Assembly: GCA_023263685.1 (NCBI GenBank) | Contig: JALQVM010000002.1 | Location: 1 to 45,104 of the forward strand | Source of the DNA: Flavobacteriaceae bacterium | Lineage (GTDB): Bacteria > Bacteroidota > Bacteroidia > Flavobacteriales > Flavobacteriaceae | Length of the DNA: 45,104 nucleotides | Direction: 5' to 3' | Part shown: positions 27,017-35,056 of the stretch, in pieces | How positions within the stretch are numbered: position 1 is the first letter of the stretch | How the letters are laid out: each line of letters begins with the position of its first letter | Made by a program: the position numbers and the translations under genes | The notes under the pieces: generated by a model | Database searches by the model: none | Seen by the model: only the letters and a program-made list of their open reading frames with translations | What the model was told of the DNA's origin: nothing

Positions 27017-28079
27017 TAGAAAATGCGTTTAGTTGATTTTCAAATGCCTGAACGCGACGACTGATCGGAACGTGTTTTTGAATTCTTGCTCTTGCCTGTT
27101 GTCCCATGGCTGAAGTGGTTTTGTGCTCTAGGTTGTTTAAAAAGGCTACTACCGAATCCAAATCCTTGGCCCCTTCAAAGAGATGTCCTGTAGAACCTAT
27201 CGCATCGGGTAAGCCAAAAACAGTATTCCCTATCGGAATGCATTCACACAACATGGCTTCACACAACACATTGGGTAGGCCTTCTACTTGGGAACCTTGA
27301 AAGTAAAATTGGTGTGTACTGTATTGTTTTTTTAAGCCGTTTCGGTCTAAAGTACCCAACAGACGAATGTTGTTGGGGAGTACATCCAATCCACTTCGAT
27401 CCGTTTGAATGCCCGCAATCGTAAACTCATAGTCGGGCAGGGCCTTAGCTAGGGCAATAAATAAAGGAATTCCCTTTCGCTCATACGTACGACTATCTGC
27501 AATATTAGCCACCGTCAAAATGGTCTTGGGCTTTTTAGTGCCTTCTTTTTGCCAAAAAGTCGGATCATAGCCGGTAGGTATTTCCCGTATGGGGGTTTTT
27601 AAATCAGGTAAAAAATTCAATATTCCCGAGCGAGTGCCGTCTTGTATTGCTGCTGCACTACACCCCTCGGACAAACTTTTGTGTACCACCCAAATTTCAC
27701 TAGCATTGGTGTAATTCCAACGGGCCAAACGCTGCCTTAGATTTTTTTTTAAAAAAATACCATAACCCAGTTTTTTGCTGGAAACGGCATCATACCCCCC
27801 TACTAGAATTACACTCGGTTTTTTGAAGCATTTTGCCCAAAACAGGGGCGCTGTGCTGTGGTAATCGTTAAACCAACTGTAGACCGCTTCCGACTTGCTT
27901 ACGTAAAGAAAGGACAGTACAAGTTCTCGTATTCTGTTCCATAAAAATCTTATAAAATCGCGATGGGGAGGTGACTGAATGGATAACACTTTATAGCCCA
28001 ATTGTTCCAAAAGAAGCTTGTCCTTTACTACAAAGGTGTTTTGTAAACTGCTGACTAGTGTAATCTTCTTTCGGCCCAT
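27006..28079 (-). CDS. GT4-family (GT-B fold) glycosyltransferase
   Basis: The C-terminal EX7E-type motif is QVEGLPNVLCEAMLCECIPIG. The gene overlaps the pyruvyl transferase start by 11 nt. Confidence 0.8.
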   Translation of the reverse strand: MGRKKITLVSSLQNTFVVKDKLLLEQLGYKVLSIQSPPHRDFIRFLWNRIRELVLSFLYVSKSEAVYSWFNDYHSTAPLFWAKCFKKPSVILVGGYDAVSSKKLGYGIFLKKNLRQRLARWNYTNASEIWVVHKSLSEGCSAAAIQDGTRSGILNFLPDLKTPIREIPTGYDPTFWQKEGTKKPKTILTVANIADSRTYERKGIPLFIALAKALPDYEFTIAGIQTDRSGLDVLPNNIRLLGTLDRNGLKKQYSTHQFYFQGSQVEGLPNVLCEAMLCECIPIGNTVFGLPDAIGSTGHLFEGAKDLDSVVAFLNNLEHKTTSAMGQQARARIQKHVPISRRVQAFENQLNAFSNGM

Positions 28080-28089
28080 CGGTAGTTAC

Positions 28090-29589
28090 TTACTCGACTA
28101 AAAAAGGAATCAGAGCCTCTGCAATAGTACGGTTGTCCGAAACCCGGGGAACTTTATTTTGTCCGCCCAATTTTCCGATGCTTTTCATGTACTTTTGGAA
28201 GCCATCTCGCCTTACTTTTCGAATGACTAATGGGCGAAGAATATTCCCTTGGATCAGGTCGTCGTAATAAATGTTTCGCTCTTGCATTTCGCGATCGATA
28301 TTCAATGCAAAAGCCTCTAAATTTTCTGGGGCTTCATCAAATTCAATAAACCATTCGTGGTACGGAAGTCCAGCCTTGGGCTTTACCTGAGGAGCTACCG
28401 TAAACTCTCGAATTCTGATTTCGGTATTCTCCGCTGCTATGGCTTTTTGAAGGGCTTGTTCAACTTCACTTACAATGACGTGTTCTCCAAAGGCAGAGAT
28501 AAAATGCTTTATTCTACCGCTCACAATTACTTTAAAGGGCTTGAGAGAAGTAAATTGTATGGTATCGCCAATATTGTACCTCCACAATCCGGCAGTGGTC
28601 GAAATGATCATGACATAATTGACTCCTATTTGAACTTGCTCTAGGGTGTGGAATTCTTGCTCCTCCTCAAAAAAACTTGAGGCAACTATAAATTCATAGT
28701 AAATACCGTGATTTAATAACAATAACAAGCCTTTGTCCGATTGACTGTTCTGGTATGCGAAAAAGCCTTCGGAGGCGGGGTAAAATTCAATACTGTCTGG
28801 CGTGCGTCCAATTAATTTATTGAAAATGCCTCGGTAGGGTTCAAAATTTACCCCTCCGTAAACAAACAAGGAAAAGTTGGTAAAAAGAGCACCCACGGGC
28901 TGGGCTCCTTTTTGAACCAACCGCTCAAAATACATTTGAACCCATGAGGGAATTCCTCCTATTAGGGTCATATTTTCTTGGAGGGTTTCTTCTACGATGG
29001 CATCTACTTTGGATTCCCAATCTTCGATACAATTTGTTTCCCAACTAGGCATTCTGTTTTTTTGAAGGTAAGCGGGCACATAATGAGCAACGATTCCCGA
29101 CAAACGCCCTAATGCAACGCCATTTTTGTTTTGCAGTACAGGGCTTCCTTGGAGGAAAATATGCTTTCCATTGAGTACTGCGGCACTACCCGTTTCATGA
29201 ATATAATTCAACAAGGCTTCTCTTGCCGCCCGGATGTGTTGGGGCATAGAATCCGCAGAAATAGGAATGTATTTTGCTCCAGAAGTTGTTCCACTAGATT
29301 TGGCATAGTAAAGGGGCCTCCCAGGCCATAATACATTCTTTGCTCCTGCTAGGACTTGGTCGATATAAGGGCGCAGTTCTTCATAGTCTCGGACGGGTAT
29401 GGAGGCTCTAAAGGCGTCCGGATCTGCTATGCTGTCCAAACCGTGGTCTTTGCCAAATTTTGTTTTTGCCCCTTTTCGAATTAATTCTTTAAAAACGGTA
29501 GTTTGCGCATCTAGAGGATTGTTGATCCACTTTTGGTTTTTTTTATGCATTAAAGCAGCATATATTTTAGCGGCAACTGCTTTGATCAT
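28090..29589 (-). CDS. GH3-family (auxin-responsive-promoter-type) adenylate-forming protein
   Basis: 499 aa with the P-loop-like SSGTTSGAKYIP motif and the overall GH3 architecture. Its start codon shares one nucleotide with the upstream M23 stop (TAATG). Confidence 0.85.
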   Translation of the reverse strand: MIKAVAAKIYAALMHKKNQKWINNPLDAQTTVFKELIRKGAKTKFGKDHGLDSIADPDAFRASIPVRDYEELRPYIDQVLAGAKNVLWPGRPLYYAKSSGTTSGAKYIPISADSMPQHIRAAREALLNYIHETGSAAVLNGKHIFLQGSPVLQNKNGVALGRLSGIVAHYVPAYLQKNRMPSWETNCIEDWESKVDAIVEETLQENMTLIGGIPSWVQMYFERLVQKGAQPVGALFTNFSLFVYGGVNFEPYRGIFNKLIGRTPDSIEFYPASEGFFAYQNSQSDKGLLLLLNHGIYYEFIVASSFFEEEQEFHTLEQVQIGVNYVMIISTTAGLWRYNIGDTIQFTSLKPFKVIVSGRIKHFISAFGEHVIVSEVEQALQKAIAAENTEIRIREFTVAPQVKPKAGLPYHEWFIEFDEAPENLEAFALNIDREMQERNIYYDDLIQGNILRPLVIRKVRRDGFQKYMKSIGKLGGQNKVPRVSDNRTIAEALIPFLVE

Positions 29590-30464
29590 TATTTAGAAAA
29601 ATTAAAAAAGTTTTTAGGGTCCATGGGATAGCCTTCAACCCAAAGTTCAAAGTGCAAATGAAACCCAGTGGTCAACTCCCCAGTGTTTCCTGCCAGGGCA
29701 ATCACTTCTCCCCCTTGCACAACATCACCTTGTTCTTTACTGAGGGCCGCATTGTGCTTGTATACGGATAAGATCCCTTGACTGTGTTCAATAATGATGA
29801 CATAACCGGTCTGAGCGGTCCATTCTGCAAATACGACTCTGCCGTCAGCAATGGATTTTATCGGGGTATTTGCTTCCAAAACAATATCCACGGCAAAGTG
29901 GCTTTCTTCCGTATTGAACCCTTGAGAAATTGGTCCTATGGCAGGGGGCAACAGCAGTGTTTCAAGGGTAATGTTTGAACTGCTCAAGTCGGGGTTGTAT
30001 TTGTCTTGTTGGGACACAAATGCCCTTAATAAAGAGTCTTCTGGTATAGAAGAAATAAATTCGGGTGCATCTTGATTCTCTACTTGAAGGCTTTGATCCA
30101 TACGTTCGGGGTCCTCAAAAGAAATGTCCTCATTCAGTACGGCGCGTATCGCATTGAGGTATTGCAAATTTTGATTGTAAAGTGTGATCAAAGAATCGGT
30201 TACAAAGAGGTTTTGAACGGCTTGTTTTCTCAATTCGGTCGAGTCGTAGCCCGGAATGTATTCTTTTAGTGAGGTATAGGCTATGGACGCATAGACCAGT
30301 CCTGCAATAGCCGAAAAAGAAAGCAAAGAAAGCATTAGGACCGAAAGCTTGCTGATTTTAAATTGAATACGCTCCTCAAAAGTCTCTTTATTGATAATCA
30401 CCATGCGGTAGGGTGTGATCAATTTTTTTAAAAAAGTCCTTTTTTTTCTGTCTTTTTGATCCAT
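29589..30464 (-). CDS. M23-family metalloendopeptidase, membrane-anchored, with intact catalytic motifs
   Basis: An N-terminal TM segment and an M23 domain with HFAVD (HxxxD) and HLHFE (HxH). Confidence 0.85.
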   Translation of the reverse strand: MDQKDRKKRTFLKKLITPYRMVIINKETFEERIQFKISKLSVLMLSLLSFSAIAGLVYASIAYTSLKEYIPGYDSTELRKQAVQNLFVTDSLITLYNQNLQYLNAIRAVLNEDISFEDPERMDQSLQVENQDAPEFISSIPEDSLLRAFVSQQDKYNPDLSSSNITLETLLLPPAIGPISQGFNTEESHFAVDIVLEANTPIKSIADGRVVFAEWTAQTGYVIIIEHSQGILSVYKHNAALSKEQGDVVQGGEVIALAGNTGELTTGFHLHFELWVEGYPMDPKNFFNFSK

Positions 30465-30472
30465 ATCAAAAA

Positions 30473-30480
30473 CAAAGATA
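30473..30480 (-). promoter_or_regulatory. Bacteroidota -7 promoter box TATCTTTG for the M23-GH3-GT4-pyruvyl transferase operon
   Basis: Exact TAnnTTTG match, 8 nt upstream of the ATG at 30464. Confidence 0.5.
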
Positions 30481-30545
30481 CGGAATCCTTTAGCTGGTAA
30501 ATATTCCTCTTTCTATTTTCGTGTTTAGGAAAGTAAATATTTCTG

Positions 30546-30553
30546 TACATTTG
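30546..30553 (+). promoter_or_regulatory. Bacteroidota -7 promoter box TACATTTG for tatA
   Basis: Exact TAnnTTTG match, 17 nt upstream of the ATG at 30571. Confidence 0.5.
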
Positions 30554-30570
30554 TTTAAAATAACAATTCA

Positions 30571-30768
30571 ATGATGTTGTCTTTAACATTTTTAGGTATG
30601 ATCGGTGGACCACAAATTATTCTTATCATCGCAGTAGTATTGCTGCTTTTTGGTGGACGTAAAATTCCAGAGTTAATGAAAGGACTCGGTAGTGGAATCA
30701 AAGAATTTAAAAACGCAACCAAAGAGGAGGAAGAGAAGCCTAAAGTAGAAGCGGAGAAAAAAGACTAG
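30571..30768 (+). CDS. tatA: twin-arginine translocase TatA/E subunit
   Basis: A TM helix followed by [21 protein letters not shown] and an acidic tail. Confidence 0.85.
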   Translation: MMLSLTFLGMIGGPQIILIIAVVLLLFGGRKIPELMKGLGSGIKEFKNATKEEEEKPKVEAEKKD

Positions 30769-31742
30769 TTCACTCGTTTAAACGAGGTGAGTATGCTGTT
30801 TAATTCGAACATATATTCTCGTTTATTTGCTGAAGGGGCAAATGCAAAGCCCTCCAAAACAATCCATTTATCAGTAATGCTGTCTTTGATTGCATAATTT
30901 ACAAAAGGACCTGCCATGAAGTCATTTGCGACCTCCCAGGTGCCTTTGGTAAGATAGGCTGGCCTATCTGCTATTGTGGTCTGATAAAAGTACGGACGGA
31001 ACGCCCTTTCTGTAATAAAATAGCTCCCCTTCAAGCGGCCAGGAACGTAGATTTTACCAATCGAATCCCGAATGTCAAGAATTTGTTTGCTGAAGGTAGT
31101 TGTCAAGGCCTCTTTCTCAAGCGTGTACACAATTATGTTCAAATGGCCTTTGCGTATGGGTTTTTGAATCCAAACAAAATTCGAAGTGTCCTTTACGGTT
31201 TCGTATGCTGAGGGATAATCGAGTTGTATCCCAAAACGATCGATGAGCGTTTTCTCGGTAGTCAAGGACTTGCTAATTCTTCGCATTTTCTCTTGGCGTT
31301 CGTTTTCGGCTAGGGTCCGTCTTAACAAAGAGGCATTTTCTTGAAAATAAAATTGTTGTACTTCAGCGTCTTCCCCCGTGATGCTAGCTAAAATTTGGGG
31401 GCGCGCAAATTGATTTTGAGCCAACTGAAACCGTGCTGTAGCATCCTTTTGAAACCAAACGACATTCCTCCCTTGTCTGGCAAATCCGGTAAACGTTTTC
31501 GGATTTAAGTAATTTAAGGTATACTGGGGTTCGTCTATTGGAAGTCCCTCGTAAATTAATTGTAATTCATTTCTTACCGACTCACCCAGGGAGGCATTCC
31601 AGTCTTTTTCGGGCATGACAACAGTCACGTGGTTTAAGTTGCCACTAGACTCGGGTACATAGGCATTTTTTTGATCAACCTTATTCTGACAGGAGATCAA
31701 AAAAGCAAGTAGGACAAAAACCAGTAAGGGGTGATTTTTCAT
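30765..31742 (-). CDS. conserved lipoprotein, uncharacterised (DUF4837-like from memory)
   Basis: [18 protein letters not shown] provides a signal peptide and lipobox. An alternative upstream start lies at 31778. It sits immediately downstream of pgk. Confidence 0.6.
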   Translation of the reverse strand: MKNHPLLVFVLLAFLISCQNKVDQKNAYVPESSGNLNHVTVVMPEKDWNASLGESVRNELQLIYEGLPIDEPQYTLNYLNPKTFTGFARQGRNVVWFQKDATARFQLAQNQFARPQILASITGEDAEVQQFYFQENASLLRRTLAENERQEKMRRISKSLTTEKTLIDRFGIQLDYPSAYETVKDTSNFVWIQKPIRKGHLNIIVYTLEKEALTTTFSKQILDIRDSIGKIYVPGRLKGSYFITERAFRPYFYQTTIADRPAYLTKGTWEVANDFMAGPFVNYAIKDSITDKWIVLEGFAFAPSANKREYMFELNSILTSFKRVN

Positions 31743-31781
31743 TGGTAATTTGAGTTTTAGTAATTCCTGAGTCAACAACTG

Positions 31782-32969
31782 TTAGGCATTTAAAGCGGCA
31801 ATCCCCGGAAGTGTTTTGCCCTCTAAACTTTCCAACATCGCTCCTCCTCCTGTACTAATATAGCTCATTTTGGATGCCAATCCAAGTTGTTTCACAGCCG
31901 CTACAGAATCTCCTCCCCCTACTAAAGAGAAGGCTCCCGATTGAGTTGCTTCTCCTATGGCCTCTCCAATAGAAATCGTTCCTGTTGCAAAGTTGGGAAA
32001 TTCAAATACTCCAAGCGGTCCGTTCCACAAAATGGTTTTACATTGAAGTACCAGCTCCCGAAAGATTTCAGAGCTTTTGGGTCCAGCATCCAGTCCTTCC
32101 CAACCCTCAGGAATAGCATTACTAGGAAAAACCTTTTGATGGGCTGTATTGCTAAAATCGTCTCCTGCTACTACATCTACCGGCAAATGAATTTGAACGC
32201 CTTTTGCCTTAGCTTTTTCCAAAAGTTCGAGAGCGTAGTCACAATAATCCGGCTCGCAAATTGAATTTCCTACAATGCCTCCTTGTGCTTGGGTAAAAGT
32301 ATAAACCATACCCCCTCCGATAATCAGATGATCCACCTTGTCTAATAAAGATTCAATGATGGTAATTTTAGAAGAAACTTTTGCTCCACCTAAAATGGCC
32401 AGTATTGGTGATTCTCCGTCTTTCATTACTTTGTCAATGGCATTTACCTCTTTTGCTAACAAGGAACCAAAACACTTTTTGTCGGGAAAATGTTTCGCCA
32501 TGATGGTCGTCGAGGCATGGGCTCTGTGGGCGGTTCCAAAAGCATCATTTACGTAAACCGTACCCAATTCGGCCAGCTGCTGGGCAAAGTCTTCGTCCCC
32601 TTTGGTTTCTTCTTTGTGATATCTTAAATTTTCCATCAGCAAAACTTCTCCCGCTTGCAGTGCCGAAGCTTTGGCTACGGCTTCTGCTCCAACTACCTGG
32701 TCGCAAAAATGAACCGTTACTCCCAATACAGCTGAGACTTCACTGACAATATGCGCTAAAGACAACTTGGGGTCTCTTCCTTCAGGACGTCCCAAATGAG
32801 AAAGTAATACACAGCTACCTCCCTGGGATAAAATGTATTCGATGGTAGGCTTTGCCGCTTGGATTCTCGTTTTGTCTGTTACTTGCAGATTTTCATTTAA
32901 AGGGACGTTAAAATCAACGCGAACTACGGCGCGTTCGTTTTCAAAGTTTAGCTGTTCTAAAAGGCGCAT
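31782..32969 (-). CDS. pgk: phosphoglycerate kinase
   Basis: RVDFNVP, the hinge, and the GGGDS and TGGGAMLE motifs. The 395-aa length from the ATG at 32969 fits the family, so the ORF-track extension to 33050 is rejected. Confidence 0.95.
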   Translation of the reverse strand: MRLLEQLNFENERAVVRVDFNVPLNENLQVTDKTRIQAAKPTIEYILSQGGSCVLLSHLGRPEGRDPKLSLAHIVSEVSAVLGVTVHFCDQVVGAEAVAKASALQAGEVLLMENLRYHKEETKGDEDFAQQLAELGTVYVNDAFGTAHRAHASTTIMAKHFPDKKCFGSLLAKEVNAIDKVMKDGESPILAILGGAKVSSKITIIESLLDKVDHLIIGGGMVYTFTQAQGGIVGNSICEPDYCDYALELLEKAKAKGVQIHLPVDVVAGDDFSNTAHQKVFPSNAIPEGWEGLDAGPKSSEIFRELVLQCKTILWNGPLGVFEFPNFATGTISIGEAIGEATQSGAFSLVGGGDSVAAVKQLGLASKMSYISTGGGAMLESLEGKTLPGIAALNA

Positions 32970-32985
32970 TGTAATAAATTTTTTG

Positions 32986-32993
32986 CAAAAATA
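32986..32993 (-). promoter_or_regulatory. Bacteroidota -7 promoter box TATTTTTG for pgk
   Basis: Exact TAnnTTTG match, 16 nt upstream of the ATG at 32969. It lies inside the rejected N-terminal extension. Confidence 0.5.
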
Positions 32994-33078
32994 CGATAAT
33001 GTATAGGGCTGAGGTAGCTTTTTCCAAAGAAGTTGAATCCCCTTTCTCAAATGTGAACCAGTAACTGTATATTTACCT

Positions 33079-34197
33079 ATGGTTTGGAATCACACAATCG
33101 GTCAGGAAAAAACTAAAAACCACTTGACCTATCTTCTTGAATCTAATCAAGTACCTCATGCTCAATTGTTTAACTCGGCATGCGGTCGAGGGGGCTTGGT
33201 TTTAGCGATTGAATTTGCCTGGGAGTTGGTTCGCCTGGCTCAAGAGCAAAAAGAAGGGAAATCCTTGGGTGCGCTCTGTCAAAGTCCGAACCTTCATTTT
33301 ATCTATCCTGTCGTAAAAAAGGGAACCGAAAAGGTGGTCTATGCCAGTGATTATAGTGCCGAATGGTATGCGTTTCTGAATGAAAACCCTTATGGTGATT
33401 ACACAGACTGGTTTGATCATATTGCCGTTGGAAACAAACAAGGAATCATAGCGGTTTCTGAAATCGAAAAATTGCACCAACAATTGTATCTCAAAGCATT
33501 TGGAGGAGGTAATAAAGTTTGTATCCTTTGGGGGGTAGAGAAAATGAACGCCTCTGCAGCGAATGCCTTTTTAAAATTGTTGGAAGAACCTCCTGAAAAC
33601 ACCTACTTTATTCTGCTATGTGAACAAACTGAAAATGTACTTCCAACCGTACTTTCGCGCTGTCAAGAAATAGCCCTTCCTCCCATTGAAGAGAAGGCAT
33701 TGGACCGCACCCTCCCCGAAGACCTTGAAGGTAAACTTCAATTACTAAAACAAGCGAGTGGGGATTACAGAAAATTGCGCACCTTGATTTCGGATAAAGA
33801 GGAAAAACACTACGAACTCTTGCTGGTTCAAGGATTACGATCTGCTTTTAAAGCAAAAGGGAATAAAAGTGTGGTGGTGGATTTAATGCATTGGGCAAAT
33901 GAATTGGCCCAACTTGGAAGAGAAAAACAAAAAGCATTTTTGCGCTTTGGAATACAGTTTTTTAGAGATGCTTTTTTAAAAAATTACCACTTAAATGAAT
34001 TGGTTCATTATCAGTCCGAAACCGGTTTTGATCTCGACAAATTGGCGCCCTATATTCACAGCAATAACATTCAGGAATTGACGGCACTTTTTGAGCAGCA
34101 ACATTACTACATCCAACGCAACGCAAATGCTAAAATGATGTTTACTGAACTGTCGTTGCAATTAACCCGATTGATCAACAGTCCCAGTCCTAAGTAA
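33079..34197 (+). CDS. holB: DNA polymerase III delta-prime-like clamp-loader subunit
   Basis: AAA+-like N-domain with AANAFLKLLEEPP and SRCQ (sensor 1 region). Confidence 0.75.
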   Translation: MVWNHTIGQEKTKNHLTYLLESNQVPHAQLFNSACGRGGLVLAIEFAWELVRLAQEQKEGKSLGALCQSPNLHFIYPVVKKGTEKVVYASDYSAEWYAFLNENPYGDYTDWFDHIAVGNKQGIIAVSEIEKLHQQLYLKAFGGGNKVCILWGVEKMNASAANAFLKLLEEPPENTYFILLCEQTENVLPTVLSRCQEIALPPIEEKALDRTLPEDLEGKLQLLKQASGDYRKLRTLISDKEEKHYELLLVQGLRSAFKAKGNKSVVVDLMHWANELAQLGREKQKAFLRFGIQFFRDAFLKNYHLNELVHYQSETGFDLDKLAPYIHSNNIQELTALFEQQHYYIQRNANAKMMFTELSLQLTRLINSPSPK

Positions 34198-35032
34198 GCT
34201 TTTGAAAAACAAAAATTTTAGAAGAATATTCCTGGGAAAATAGCGCCCTGATATTGGAATAGAGACCTACGAACAATCCTCTTAAAAAAGCGAATTTATT
34301 TTTCGCATAGGTTTCTGATAATATTGAGATATAAAACGAGTCAAACCAAAGGGGATAGGTTTTTAACAAACGAAAACCCTGGGCTTCCACTCTTTCTTGT
34401 AATCCTTGGGGTGTAAAGTGCCAAAGGTGTCTTGGAACATCGTAAGCCGCCCAATAAGGTCCGTAATACGCGGCGTCAAAACTAGCTAGATTAGGCACTG
34501 CGACCAACATTAACCCATTGGTTTTTAATGCGTTATGGTATTTTTGTAAGGAGGTGTCCAAGGCGTTTACATGCTCTAATACATGCCACAAACTTAAACA
34601 AGAATAGGAAGTGTTTATGGGAATTTCATCCACAGAGGAAAAACAAGACAAGCCTCTTTTTTGAGCAAGCTTTCGTGCGTTGTGGTTCGGTTCTGTTAGT
34701 GCAACATCGTATCCGTGTTTTGCTAAAAATTGTGCAAAGACGCCTATACCTCCTCCAATGTCTAAAAGGTCTTTTTCAGCTTGGTGTTTTTTGAGAATAC
34801 TGAGCTTGTAATGAAGCATGAAGCGTTGTACTAACCCATAGAGCATTCCTTTTATGCCTTGACGTTTTTCTTGGTGGGAAGTATAATCCTCAGGCGGATA
34901 ATAGTCGGCCAAATGTAAACCCTCTTTAAGCTGGGTTCTAGCGAGGGTTTTATGGGTGTCAAATTGAAGCACAAAAGTTTCTCCCGAAACTAAATAATCT
35001 TTGATTTCCAAGGTTTTTGCTGGTTCTCTCAT
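34190..35032 (-). CDS. class I SAM-dependent methyltransferase
   Basis: Motif I LLDIGGGIGVFA plus a downstream acidic residue. 280 aa. Confidence 0.8.
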   Translation of the reverse strand: MREPAKTLEIKDYLVSGETFVLQFDTHKTLARTQLKEGLHLADYYPPEDYTSHQEKRQGIKGMLYGLVQRFMLHYKLSILKKHQAEKDLLDIGGGIGVFAQFLAKHGYDVALTEPNHNARKLAQKRGLSCFSSVDEIPINTSYSCLSLWHVLEHVNALDTSLQKYHNALKTNGLMLVAVPNLASFDAAYYGPYWAAYDVPRHLWHFTPQGLQERVEAQGFRLLKTYPLWFDSFYISILSETYAKNKFAFLRGLFVGLYSNIRALFSQEYSSKIFVFQKLT

Positions 35033-35035
35033 TAC

Positions 35036-35051
35036 TGTTTCACGTGAAACA
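35036..35051. other. parS: parS (ParB/Spo0J-binding centromere-like site), perfect palindrome
   Basis: TGTTTCACGTGAAACA is an exact match to the consensus TGTTNCACGTGAAACA. It lies in the 24-nt spacer between the mnmG stop and the methyltransferase start. Confidence 0.75.
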
Positions 35052-35056
35052 TTTTC

